The notes under the pieces are model-generated. The model did no database searches. It saw nothing but the letters and a program-made list of their open reading frames with translations, and was not told the DNA's origin. Both the position numbers and the translations under genes were made by a program. A stretch of 63,803 bases of DNA, the filler included, from Octopus bimaculoides (Eukaryota): the NCBI RefSeq assembly GCF_001194135.2. It is 5 parts of 5 records of this genome, joined end to end, with 100 filler letters (N's around TTAATTAATTAA, not from the genome) between each part and the next. Parts side by side here need not be neighbours in the genome. Positions count along the whole stretch, not along the records: positions 1 to 8,283 come from NC_069004.1; positions 8,384 to 22,332 come from NC_068985.1; 3 more parts are not named here. One strand, written 5' to 3'. Below, piece after piece: positions 1-11,545 of this stretch (the stretch's first letter is position 1; each line of letters begins with the position of its first letter).

Positions 1-35
<35 letters not shown>

Positions 36-270
36 GTGCGAAGAGCCATTTTAACGATGCACTGCCCTAACTCTTCGAAACGCCAGTGTTATAATGGTGG
101 CAGCTGATGAAGGAAATGTGGCCTGTGTGTTTTTGTACCTTGTTTATCATTTTGTCCATTTTTTTTGCAACGTCATGCACCCAGATATGCATCTATATAT
201 ACATGTAGATGAAGGTATGTATGTACATACATGTACATATATATGCATATAATCATATATTATTTGTGTG

Positions 271-317
<47 letters not shown>

Positions 318-1395
318 NNNNNNNNNNNNNNNNNNNNNNNNNNNNNNNNNNNNNNNNNNNNNNNNNNNNNNNNNNNNNNNNNNNNNNNNNNNNNNNNNNN
401 NNNNNNNNNNNNNNNNNNNNNNNNNNNNNNNNNNNNNNNNNNNNNNNNNNNNNNNNNNNNNNNNNNNNNNNNNNNNNNNNNNNNNNNNNNNNNNNNNNNN
501 NNNNNNNNNNNNNNNNNNNNNNNNNNNNNNNNNNNNNNNNNNNNNNNNNNNNNNNNNNNNNNNNNNNNNNNNNNNNNNNNNNNNNNNNNNNNNNNNNNNN
601 NNNNNNNNNNNNNNNNNNNNNNNNNNNNNNNNNNNNNNNNNNNNNNNNNNNNNNNNNNNNNNNNNNNNNNNNNNNNNNNNNNNNNNNNNNNNNNNNNNNN
701 NNNNNNNNNNNNNNNNNNNNNNNNNNNNNNNNNNNNNNNNNNNNNNNNNNNNNNNNNNNNNNNNNNNNNNNNNNNNNNNNNNNNNNNNNNNNNNNNNNNN
801 NNNNNNNNNNNNNNNNNNNNNNNNNNNNNNNNNNNNNNNNNNNNNNNNNNNNNNNNNNNNNNNNNNNNNNNNNNNNNNNNNNNNNNNNNNNNNNNNNNNN
901 NNNNNNNNNNNNNNNNNNNNNNNNNNNNNNNNNNNNNNNNNNNNNNNNNNNNNNNNNNNNNNNNNNNNNNNNNNNNNNNNNNNNNNNNNNNNNNNNNNNN
1001 NNNNNNNNNNNNNNNNNNNNNNNNNNNNNNNNNNNNNNNNNNNNNNNNNNNNNNNNNNNNNNNNNNNNNNNNNNNNNNNNNNNNNNNNNNNNNNNNNNNN
1101 NNNNNNNNNNNNNNNNNNNNNNNNNNNNNNNNNNNNNNNNNNNNNNNNNNNNNNNNNNNNNNNNNNNNNNNNNNNNNNNNNNNNNNNNNNNNNNNNGATG
1201 GTGTGGATTTTTATTCAGCCACGCAGTTATTCGCAATATCAGTGATTGTTTATTCACTGTTTTTCTATATCGGTGGCAACAAACTTCATCTTCGCAAACT
1301 ATTGGCTGTGATTACATGCTACTCATATCACTCAAGGAGGCAGAAATCCATCTAGCATTCTAACTACACACTTGTTGGATGATATTTGTCTGTCT

Positions 1396-1426
<31 letters not shown>

Positions 1427-1619
1427 TCTCAGGAGGAATATCGCAATATTTACAGTAAGTATATTATGAAAATGGCTATTTTATTCTAATACTGCTTCTA
1501 TTTCATACAATATTATGTGTATGCGTGTATGTGTGTGTATGCATGTTTATGCACATATGTTTATATATATGTGCGTGTGGTGTGTATATGTGTATGTGAA
1601 TAATAACAAGTTAATCTAC

Positions 1620-1837
1620 CTTAAATTCTGTATACAGAACTGAGCCAGCCAATGTAAACGGTAATATGTCTTTGTCATCAGCCAAGTCTTTGAGGTTTTC
1701 GATGCTAGAGATCTGTATGGTCACTGTGAAGTAAGCTGTAAGGTTGGCAGTGAAGTATGTAGTGATGAAGATTGTAAAGATCCACCAGCTTAACACGATG
1801 ATTCGCGATCGAATGTGTTTGGGTTCCCAAGCACCGT
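1620..1837 (-). CDS. iGluR/IR-family receptor, pore loop, M3 and S2 start exon (GAWEPKHIRSRIIVLSWWIFTIFITTYFTANLTAYFTV...TLAGSVLYTEFK)
   Basis: Acceptor taattttccag, donor AAG|gtagat, 218 nt, phase 1 to 0. SYTANLAAF-like gate motif. Confidence 0.95.
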
Positions 1838-1974
1838 CTGGAAAATTAAACATGTACGTATGTTTGTTAATACGAGGGTAACTCAAAACTTATACACATA
1901 CTCGTTTCTGTAATCTATTAAAACAAAAGCAGGGGTTGAACAATTACATCTGTTTTCGAAATCGTCCCCTTGCT

Positions 1975-2539
1975 TTCCGATGTCTAAGTGATTCGTAGAT
2001 GTATTACTTGGAAAGGATGAGATCTAGACTGTATGCAGGGAGTTCCAGCAACGCAAAACCCAACTTTTCAATGGTTTCAACAATACGGGCGATCGTATAT
2101 GAGCGTCCATTTTCGTGCAATAATAACACTTGCTTTCACACTATATATATATATATATATATATNNNNNNNNNNNNNNNNNNNNNNNNNNNNNNNNNNNN
2201 NNNNNNNNNNNNNNNNNNNNNNNNNNNNNNNNNNNNNNNNNNNNNNNNNNNNNNNNNNNNNNNNNNNNNNNNNNNNNNNNNNNNNNNNNNNNNNNNNNNN
2301 NNNNNNNNNNNNNNNNNNNNNNNNNNNNNNNNNNNNNNNNNNNNNNNNNNNNNNNNNNNNNNNNNNNNNNNNNNNNNNNNNNNNNNNNNNNNNNNNNNNN
2401 NNNNNNNNNNNNNNNNNNNNNNNNNNNNNNNNNNNNNNNNNNNNNNNNNNNNNNNNNNNNNNNNNNNNNNNNNNNNNNNNNNNNNNNNNNNNNNNNNNNN
2501 NNNNNNNNNNNNNNNNNNNNNNNNNNNNNNNNNNNNNNN

Positions 2540-2571
<32 letters not shown>

Positions 2572-2880
2572 CGTTTGGTGCGAATTACTGATTTCAGTTT
2601 CTTAGACAGCATTTCACAGTAGATTTCTTTTCCCGGTAATATTCCAGTATTTTTGCATCCCCACAAACGGTTAGCATCACTTTTCTGCAAGAAGTTGAAT
2701 CTTGAATTATTTTTCGTTGGCTATTATGGGTGTTTCAACTCCATACGTTGCTTTTTCGATTCTAGCTCAAAGTGATGGACACCGGTCTTACCTCTTGAGA
2801 CTTTCCCTCCAAAACAGCTTCGTCTTCATCGTTGTAGCGGTCGATAGAGCTCCACACGGTTGCGCTTATGCGCCCACATG
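1975..2880 (-). mobile_element. Decayed mariner transposase remnant in the receptor intron, interrupted by (TA)n and an N gap
   Basis: Frameshifted minus-strand peptides IDRYNDEDEAVL, VHHFELESKKQRMELKHP, KVMLTVCGDAK and VLLLHENGRSYT...ETIEKLGF.LLELPAYSLDL match mariner DETWVHHYEPE, KVMLTVFWD, LLHDNARPH and HPPYSPDL. Confidence 0.8.
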
Positions 2881-2959
2881 TGAACCCTTAATCTTATATT
2901 CGAGCAGAATCAGCGTGAAATAGTGTGAAATCAGTAAACTGAAATCACAATCCAGCCAA

Positions 2960-3065
2960 TGGACTTCCATACAGTTTCCGTCTACCTAAATTCATTAAAG
3001 ACGTCACACTGTGGGATCGAATCCGGAAACATAGGACTGCCAAGCGAACTATACAGTCACTTAAC
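2960..3065 (-). mobile_element. Degraded 5' head of SINE family B
   Basis: acagtttccgtctacc...cactgtgggatcgaatccggaaacat resembles the head of the full copy at 15452-15860. Confidence 0.6.
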
Positions 3066-3079
3066 CATGATTACATATT

Positions 3080-3138
<59 letters not shown>

Positions 3139-3148
3139 NNNNNNNNNN

Positions 3149-3188
<40 letters not shown>

Positions 3189-3575
3189 CTCGTGCATACA
3201 TACACATACATATAAGTACACTGACGCATGCTCACACATATTCCTCATCCTAGAAAGAATGTGAGTAAATAAAAAAAGAAAAAGGCATGCATGTTGATAC
3301 ATATAATTTTTTAGCTGGACAGTAAATATATGCAAAACTTTTCTCAAGTTCAAATGTTACATTCCAAATATGACATTCCAATGATAAAACTTCGTATCTT
3401 TGTTAGAAAAACAGGTGCTTCTTTACAAGATTAAAATGATTAAAAATAGAAAACTTACATGCATAAATCTATCACGTACATACATACATACATGCATACA
3501 TACATACATACATACATACATACATACATACATGCATGCATGCATGTGTGCATTCAATCATATCTGCATGCAAAC

Positions 3576-3606
<31 letters not shown>

Positions 3607-3631
3607 CATACATACATGCATGCATGCATAC

Positions 3632-3667
<36 letters not shown>

Positions 3668-3751
3668 GTACATATATTTCAACTAAATATTATGCTGTGA
3701 TATTTTGATATCGCAACATAATATCGAAAAATATATAAACCTCAGACTTAC

Positions 3752-4115
3752 TCTGAGAGACATATATGGTAAAAATGGCCCAAAGAATTTCGCTCCAGTT
3801 CAGCTTCGAAAATAGACAAACGGTCTTCACCGTTCCACTGTCTGGCAATCCTTTGATAGAATTGTGAGAGTCTGACATTTTATGTAGGCCATCGATGACT
3901 GTTAAGAATGTGGATATGAAGAATATGACAGACAAGCAACAGAGCCAAGAGGCATGGTCAAAAACGTAAAAAACCTTGAATAAATCAGAGGTGGAAGAAT
4001 TTCCGGGTCGTCTGATAAGCATTCCCCGACCCTCTTCGGCATAAGGGTATGTGTAGTCGATTACTTGGGAGCGTTCTTGTGTTAAGGTGAGCGGACCAAT
4101 GACCATGTCGGTTTC
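3752..4115 (-). CDS. iGluR/IR-family receptor, S1 end, M1 and M2 exon (ETDMVIGPLTLTQERSQVIDYTYPY...ILWAIFTIYVSQ)
   Basis: Acceptor cacacgaag, donor CAGA|gtaagt, 364 nt, phase 0 to 1. GPLT.T.ER..VIDYT.PY ligand motif, hydrophobic M1, pore helix. Confidence 0.95.
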
Positions 4116-4166
4116 CTTCGTGTGCGGAATGGTTAACAGGAACCGGATGTAGAGTGAGTCATGATG

Positions 4167-4207
<41 letters not shown>

Positions 4208-4510
4208 NNNNNNNNNNNNNNNNNNNNNNNNNNNNNNNNNNNNNNNNNNNNNNNNNNNNNNNNNNNNNNNNNNNNNNNNNNNNNNNNNNNNNNNNNNNNN
4301 NNNNNNNNNNNNNNNNNNNNNNNNNNNNNNNNNNNNNNNNNNNNNNNNNNNNNNNNNNNNNNNNNNNNNNNNNNNNNNNNNNNNNNNNNNNNNNNNNNNN
4401 NNNNNNNNNNNNNNNNNNNNNNNNNNNNNNNNNNNNNNNNNNNNNNNNNNNNNNNNNNNNNNNNNNNNNNNNNNNNNNNNNNNNNNNNNNNNNNNNNNNN
4501 NNNNNNNNNN

Positions 4511-4550
<40 letters not shown>

Positions 4551-5070
4551 GGTTTGTATAGAGGAATATATTATTCAAAGGAATTCCAAATCTGTCTGTT
4601 TTTTGTGTTTTATTTATATTCTTATAATATTAATGTAGGATATAGAATATATAATATATGCAGTAAAATGAAGTATTGATTGTCCTATTGAATAAAAGAA
4701 ATATTGAATATTGAATATTAAATATCAAGTATTGAAAATTAAGGGACTAGTATACTTTCTTGCATTTTAGCAGTCTTCAAGGTCTCACGCTGTGACAGGT
4801 GTCATATATATATAAATACGTAGTTCTATATGTATCGAAACATTTGTAGTGACCATTAAAAAGCTGCCTAATTGTACTTACTCTTTCTGTTGATTCTTTT
4901 GCTCTTTACTTTTTATTTTCACAGACAAGGAATACCTAAGACTAGTATTAGTAGCATACCATAATAATACTACCGGTTATTTGGGAATTCTAAGGGTGAA
5001 TGAGCTCTATTTGTACTCTAATACGTTCTTAACGGAACACACCTCAACTTATGTACATATGTGTGTGTGT

Positions 5071-5109
<39 letters not shown>

Positions 5110-5493
5110 NNNNNNNNNNNNNNNNNNNNNNNNNNNNNNNNNNNNNNNNNNNNNNNNNNNNNNNNNNNNNNNNNNNNNNNNNNNNNNNNNNNNNNNNNNN
5201 NNNNNNNNNNNNNNNNNNNNNNNNNNNNNNNNNNNNNNNNNNNNNNNNNNNNNNNNNNNNNNNNNNNNNNNNNNNNNNNNNNNNNNNNNNNNNNNNNNNN
5301 NNNNNNNNNNNNNNNNNNNNNNNNNNNNNNNNNNNNNNNNNNNNNNNNNNNNNNNNNNNNNNNNNNNNNNNNNNNNNNNNNNNNNNNNNNNNNNNNNNNN
5401 NNNNNNNNNNNNNNNNNNNNNNNNNNNNNNNNNNNNNNNNNNNNNNNNNNNNNNNNNNNNNNNNNNNNNNNNNNNNNNNNNNNNNNNNNNNNN

Positions 5494-5556
<63 letters not shown>

Positions 5557-6387
5557 TGCGTGTTTGTGTGTATATATATGTGTGTCAACACTATCTCAGG
5601 TATTTTTCTAATTCTTAAAATTATAAAGAAATGAAGCTGAAAATTCACTTGTAGTTCTTTAGAAGATTAATGTACATTAACCTTACTTGGTTTACACAAC
5701 TTAATTATTTTCGAAAAGCAAATGTTATTATAACACCTCATTATAATAACGGAAAGATAAAATCTTTGGATGAAAGTTTCTCACAGAGTTCCTTATAATA
5801 ACCGTTGGAGAATTTATAATTTTGAAGAATTCTTTTAGACACGTAATTCTTAAAGGGGGTGCTGAATGCTTATTTTGTAGAATATTGAATGCGTATTTTG
5901 AAAACATCACGTCTGAAACGACCATTGAAAATTGTCTGTTTTTGTATATGAGAAACGCATATGCATAAATATGAAATTGGATATCGGATGAGAGGGTATC
6001 TTCTTAATGTCAGAAGTAAATTAACAAAGGAGGTGAAGGAAAAATTAAGATGAAAAAAAGACTGAAGGAAGAAATGAAGAAAGAAAGATGGAAATAGAAA
6101 GAAAATAAAAAAAAATAATGAGAGAAAACCAATAAATTAAGCGAAAGAAGGAAGGAAAGAAACAAGCAAAGAAGAAAATAAATAAATAAAAAAGAAAGAA
6201 AATAAAGAAAATGAAAGAAAGAAACAAAGAAACAAAATTAAGAAAAAAGAAAAAGGGATAAAATGAAAAAAATAAGAAAGGAAGAAAAGAAAGAAAAAGA
6301 AAGAAAAAGAAAGAAAGAAAGAAAGGAAAGGAAAGACAGAAAGAGAGCAGAGGATAGAGGAAGAAAAAATATTGAAAAGGTACCTAC

Positions 6388-6475
6388 TCGTCTCTCAAGC
6401 AAACCTACAAGTCCTGTAAAGGAACCATTCACCATCATACCAAATTCTCGGTCTTCTGGCACCACCCACTTATAG
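6388..6475 (-). CDS. iGluR/IR-family receptor, S1 exon (YKWVVPEDREFGMMVNGSFTGLVGLLERR)
   Basis: Acceptor tattttgtag, donor CGA|gtaggt, 88 nt, phase 2 to 0. Matches the Y....D..FG...NGSW.G.VG.L motif. Confidence 0.92.
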
Positions 6476-7000
6476 CTACAAAATATGCGTGACGTAACAG
6501 AATATGAATATTTAAATTATATAATGACTCATGAAAATTACCTTGGGACACTATCTACATAAAGAATCACAGTTAAGTGAGTGCTAACATGCACCCCCGA
6601 TCTACAGAGTCTATCCATATTAGCTTTTTCTATATATTTGGAAGAATTTTTCAATGATTTTCTACAGGCAAATTATTACATATTTTTAAAATCTTTCTCT
6701 TTCTCTTTCGTCAAGTTAAATTTTAAAGGAAGTTAAATAGATTAAAAAAGCGTCCTTAAAAAGGTTTGACAGTGTTGTATCCTTCAGACACTACAAAAGG
6801 GTTTCTGAAATTTCGTCCTAGCAATGACCTTGTTTAAACCGAATACCATTATTCGTGTTGGGTTTTCTTACCGCCTATAGATGCATGTATTTTCCTACTT
6901 TAGCGATGATCGTCGTAAATGTAACAGCATGTTTCAAACAAATTCTGGTTTATTTTAATCGGATAAACATTATCACTCACATAAACACAAATACATACGC

Positions 7001-7031
<31 letters not shown>

Positions 7032-7094
7032 TGCGCGCGCACGGACGGATGGACGGACGGACGAACGCACGCACGCACGCACGCATGCGCTGGT

Positions 7095-7330
7095 CATTTT
7101 CGCACTGCTCTGCCTTCAAAAACCACTTTCTCTATCTCCCTCCACTTCCGGTCACTTCAGCCATGTAACAACACGTGCTTTCCTAGTTCTATTCTTTTCT
7201 TTCTCTCCATACATTTCTGACGAAGAGCTATTCTCGAAACGTCACACACCTCTTTTTATCATCTTAAACTGAGCGTCAACCTAATACATTCCACGAGTAC
7301 GTCCTTTAGGCTTTTGTTGTTTTTTGTTTT
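7095..7330 (+). mobile_element. Penelope-like element 3' end/pLTR with hammerhead core
   Basis: Peptide ...SISLHFRSLQPCNN resembles the PLE GIY-YIG C-terminus (IF.L.SLQP.GLN). Followed by CTGACGA-A-GAG-CTATT-CTC-GAAAC-GTC. Confidence 0.55.
7217..7243 (+). ncRNA. Minimal hammerhead ribozyme core (canonical CUGACGA/GAAA, GUC site), stem I poorly paired
   Basis: ctgacga a gag ctatt ctc gaaac gtc read directly; flanks attt/acac pair weakly. Confidence 0.5.
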
Positions 7331-7476
7331 TAATTTTGTTATGCTTATACATTAGTTTCACTGTGTAAGAATTAAAAGATATAAAATATAAAAAAGCAAA
7401 CCGTTAAAAACAAGAGAAGAGAGTCAGAGAGACTGATAAATTGTGAGACAAAGAGACAGTAAGAGAGTTTTATTAC

Positions 7477-7577
7477 CTGAAATTCATTTGTCGACTCAGC
7501 TCCTTTAAAATCATTACACAGAACCCTTCAAAATAGATCTTACCGTGGTCTTCTTTCTTCACTGCGTACGGCAGTAA
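7477..7577 (-). CDS. iGluR/IR-family receptor, S1 exon (LLPYAVKKEDHGKIYFEGFCVMILKELSRQMNF)
   Basis: Acceptor gtcgtttcag, donor AG|gtaata, 101 nt, phase 0 to 2. EGFC..IL.EL...MNF matches the iGluR S1 motif. Splices in frame to 6475. Confidence 0.9.
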
Positions 7578-7774
7578 CTGAAACGACAGCAAGATCAAAC
7601 ATATAGAGTTCGTCTTCATAAGTTGTTTTTTTTAACCATTTTTTAAATGAAATTCTACAGTAAACTTACATCGCGGCCCTACCATATAAATTAGACGGTT
7701 TCGAGAATTAGAGTCTCTCGGCCCTAGCAGCCGCCTTATCATATTTACTGATTCATATTTAGACCGCATTAGTC

Positions 7775-7775
<1 letters not shown>

Positions 7776-7845
<70 letters not shown>

Positions 7846-7864
7846 ATGATGGCAGTGGTAGTAG
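7776..7864. repeat. (TAG)n microsatellite
   Basis: Direct reading. Confidence 0.95.
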
Positions 7865-8245
7865 GGGAGCTTGTGTTGTAACAGTTTATCGCTACATCCA
7901 CCATTTGTTGGTGATTCGCTTCTACTCCTGGCGGATGACATCTTTGCACCACTCAGGTGATAACACTCTAGCCTTGTGAGTCTGTTTGGGTAGTCCTTGC
8001 TGGTGACTGTTTTACGTGTTCGGAGTGCGAATCCTACCTGAATTTGTTTTAGTCGCCTTTTACGACATGGAGAGGAAACGTTGCGTCTATCCTTGGGATG
8101 TGTCTTGCTTAGACAGATCAAGGAACACAATACTGGGTTCCGACGAGAATAACAGTAAATCGCCGGTTTCTTCAACATGTAACTACGTATGTGAAATCCA
8201 AATATTGAATATGTACGCACACGCACACACACATATATACATACA

Positions 8246-8283
<38 letters not shown>

Positions 8284-8400
8284 NNNNNNNNNNNNNNNNN
8301 NNNNNNNNNNNNNNNNNNNNNNNNNNNTTAATTAATTAANNNNNNNNNNNNNNNNNNNNNNNNNNNNNNNNNNNNNNNNNNNNATATATATATATATATA

Positions 8401-8464
<64 letters not shown>

Positions 8465-9150
8465 AATAGAGAGAGAGAGAAATAGAGAGAGAGAGATAGA
8501 GAGAGAGAGAAAGAGATCGTCAATGTATCATATATCCGAAAAATAAGGACACTCCAAAGCATAGAGCAGAAATGTATTTACAGGCAGTTAGGTTTATGTC
8601 TGGTCATAGAGTGAACAATGGTTTCGCATCCATGATGGCCTTGACCCGTAAACGTCTCGTCAGACACTAAAGTCGAAGACAAGTGTAACTCTTCACCTCT
8701 GGGAGGCAGGTATCCGTTACGGTCATTTGGTCAGTTAGTCACGAAACAATAAATAGTCCGAGGGTGTCAATGAGGGCGGCTTATCTCTCTTAGACCAGGT
8801 TTTGTGGGCCAAAAGAGTGGGGAACAAGAGACTTATCCCTTAGGCTGCTTTTGGATCGTAAGGGCCCTTCCGGCTCTAATTGGAAAACGGGGAATCCTGT
8901 ACTTGCAGCAGGTAGCGTTTGGAATGGATGCAAGGCCTGTAAATTTATTGTTACATTTAAGACCCTAAATTAACGGCTTTGTATAGCCGAGGGAGCAAGG
9001 ATATTCAAAAACTCCCTGAAACCTGGATCACTGAACACTCGCAAGGAAATTTACATATATTTACGACGGCATTTGAACCCAGAACGTAAAGACGGGCAAA
9101 ATGCCAGCCACTAAGTATTTTNNNNNNNNNNTGCTAGCTCGCCACCTTAT

Positions 9151-9200
<50 letters not shown>

Positions 9201-9674
9201 CACAATATAGAAGTCATTTAAAACAAAATAGCAAATGTCATTAAAATATGCAAAATCGAAACTTTTAACCAATTATAAAATAAGTGTTATGTATTATTTA
9301 ACACACACACACACATGTAAAAATATCTTATACACATGCATACACGAACACATGTAAAAATAGCTTATACATATACATACACAAACACATGTATGTATAT
9401 GTGTAGCTATACACATTACAAACACATATATAAACATACTCTTATGCAAAGGTGAGCACAGTGATAAAATTTAAATGTAGAAAAATAACGAAACAGTTGA
9501 TAATAAATGTCGGTTCGGATACAAATGAAAATTGATTCCATTGCAGAAAACTTTAATTCGTTATTAACATTGAACAATACAGAATGAAACCGAAAGAAAA
9601 GTCGTTTTATATGAGGAGGTTATGTAGGTAGGTAGGTAGGTAGGTAGGTAGTACATACGTATATACATACATAC

Positions 9675-9713
<39 letters not shown>

Positions 9714-9764
9714 CGTATGTATGTATGTATGTATATACGTATGTATGTATATATATTTGTGTGT

Positions 9765-9968
9765 GTCTTTCTGTCTGTCTCCCCATCATCACTTGACAAC
9801 TGATGCTGGTGTGTTTATCTCCTGTGCCTAGCGGTTCAACAAAAGGTACCGATAGAATAAGACTAGGCTTACAAAGAATAAGTCCTGGGGTCGATTTCTT
9901 GAACCAAAAATCCCATTATAGCGAGGCTCCAGCATGACCGCAGTCAAATGACTGAAACCAGTAAAAGA
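9765..9968 (+). mobile_element. SINE family B, 3' half
   Basis: catcacttgacaactgatgctggtgtg...gaataagtcctggggtcgat...ctccagcatgaccgcagtcaaatgactgaaac matches other B copies. Confidence 0.85.
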
Positions 9969-10128
9969 ATAGATATATAGCTGCACGGCCTTATTTAGTT
10001 TGTATATCGTATATTTATTTCATTTTGTATGTATAATTACATTTGTGTCGTGTTTCATTTTATTATTGTCCCCGTCGTTCGCTCGCTATTCCAAGTAGCT
10101 TCTAGCTGGTGATACCACCAAAATATTC

Positions 10129-10340
10129 TTATCTACTCAAGGCACAAAGACCGAAATTTTGGGGGAGGGGGCCGGTCGATTAGATCAATTCCAGTATGTA
10201 GCTGGTACCTAATTTATCAACCCCGAAAGGGTGAAAGGCAAAGTCGACCTCGGCGGAATTTTAACTCAGAACATAAAGACACACAAAATACCGCTAAGCA
10301 TTTCGTCCGGCATGCTAACGTTTCTGCCAGCTCGCCGCCT
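10129..10340 (-). mobile_element. tRNA-derived SINE family A, full length, with TSD
   Basis: Head ggcggcgagctggcagaaacgttagc, B-box-like segment. TSD caccaaaatattc at 10116-10128 and 10347-10359. Confidence 0.9.
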
Positions 10341-10380
10341 TGATGTCACCAAAATATTCGTTTGAATATCTTCTCGTATG

Positions 10381-10632
10381 TGAAGGCGCATGGCTCAATG
10401 GTTAGAGCGTCGAGTTTACGATCTTGAGGTTGTGAGTTAGATTCCCGGATCGAACTGCCTGTTGTGTTCTTGAGCAAGACACTTTATTTCACTTTGCTCC
10501 AGTTCACTCAGCTCTAGAAATGAGTTGTGACGTCACTGGTGCCAAGCTGTATCGGCCTTTGCCTTTCCTTTGGATAACATCGGTGGCGTGGAGACGGGAA
10601 GCTAGTATGCATGGGCCACTGCTGGTCTTCCA
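10381..10632 (+). mobile_element. tRNA-derived SINE family C (CORE/Meta-like central domain)
   Basis: A box tggctcaatggttag, B-box-like gttagattccc, then gttgtgttcttgagcaagacactttatttcac...cagctctagaaatgagt. Confidence 0.85.
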
Positions 10633-11175
10633 CATATAAGCACACACTCACACATACACAAATGTAATATACAACACCAATTCTTCTCTAATGCTGATGA
10701 CAATGGATACAATGATTTACTGAAGTGATTACCCAGTCAAAACAAAACATGTACTTTGCAATATGACAGTTTATAATTAATCCAAAAAAAATAAATAATG
10801 ATAGTAATTTGGTGGGTGCCTGCATAATGCGAAAAGTTACGACCTCAAAATCAAGTCTGCCATTAATACACATATAACACAAGTATTATATATCTATATA
10901 TATATATATTTTAAAAATAACGTCGACCACTAACGTGGACAATTAATGCGCTAGAAATAGATCACATTTTGTGGCTATTTCTAGCGCATTNNNNNNNNNN
11001 NNNNNNNNNNNNNNNNNNNNNNNNNNNNNNNNNNNNNNNNNNNNNNNNNNNNNNNNNNNNNNNNNNNNNNNNNNNNNNNNNNNNNNNNNNNNNNNNNNNN
11101 NNNNNNNNNNNNNNNNNNNNNNNNNNNNNNNNNNNNNNNNNNNNNNNNNNNNNNNNNNNNNNNNNNNNNNNNNNN

Positions 11176-11209
<34 letters not shown>

Positions 11210-11337
11210 TGTATGTATGTATGTATGTATGTATATATGTATGTATATATGGCAACCAGCGGAAGAAAAGAGTACTTAATACTTAAAAGGATTATAAATT
11301 ATTTGTTATGTGGTAAATTACAGTCAGGATGTCATAC

Positions 11338-11545
11338 CGGTATCCCGGGGTTTCACGTTTGCAGTGCAAGTCTGTCAACATTTGTTCTGTAGACGAAATA
11401 TCTAACAGTAAACCAAGATATTTCTGTATTCCAAGATTTAGTTGTATACCAAAAGTTAATATTGCTTTTAGAAAGGCAGAATGTTTCAGAATAACTTTGT
11501 AAAACTTAATAGATGCATAGGGAGTTAGTATGTTGCTGTATGGAA
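11338..11545 (-). CDS. Candidate amino-terminal-domain exon of the same receptor (PYSNILTPYASIKFYKVILKHSAFLKAILTFGIQLNLGIQKYLGLLLD...)
   Basis: Open frame between tgtctacag and CG|gtatga. Loose resemblance to the ATD segment rIILdcs...IL.qa.qlgm...Yhy..ttLD. Not linkable to the core exons by eye. Confidence 0.25.

Noticed and set aside
70-115. GAAAC...CTGATGA arrangement suggesting a type II hammerhead
   Set aside because: No NUH triplet or stem I between the motifs; stem II is poor.
209-1363. Long ORFs spanning N gaps or microsatellites (YIYI, CVCV, HTHT, poly-M/D/S), throughout the ORF track
   Set aside because: Artefacts of Ns and simple repeats lacking stop codons.
6537-6605. 60-nt phase-2/2 cassette-like segment in the S1 intron
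   Set aside because: Would insert 20 unrelated residues into a conserved S1 strand; weak acceptor; probably chance.
8045-8085. Minus-strand GTCGTAAAAGGCGACTAA, reminiscent of the P4/J4-2 part of retrotransposon HDV-like ribozymes
   Set aside because: Could not build P1, P2 or P3 from the flanks by eye; needs a covariance-model search.
8038-8232. Possible exon ending ...RRLKQIQ|gtagga just upstream of the first S1 exon
   Set aside because: Lies in repeat-like sequence, has no clear acceptor and only a weak match to the expected R.L.V.T motif.
8284-8383. TTAATTAATTAA isolated between two short N runs (also at 22377, 48525, 55919)
   Set aside because: Identical 12-mer with stops in all six frames and symmetric N padding: an assembly spacer, not biology.
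10381-10460. tRNA-like A/B boxes (also in heads of families A and B and at 22885)
   Set aside because: No acceptor stem or full cloverleaf, and each continues into a SINE body: SINE heads, not tRNA genes.
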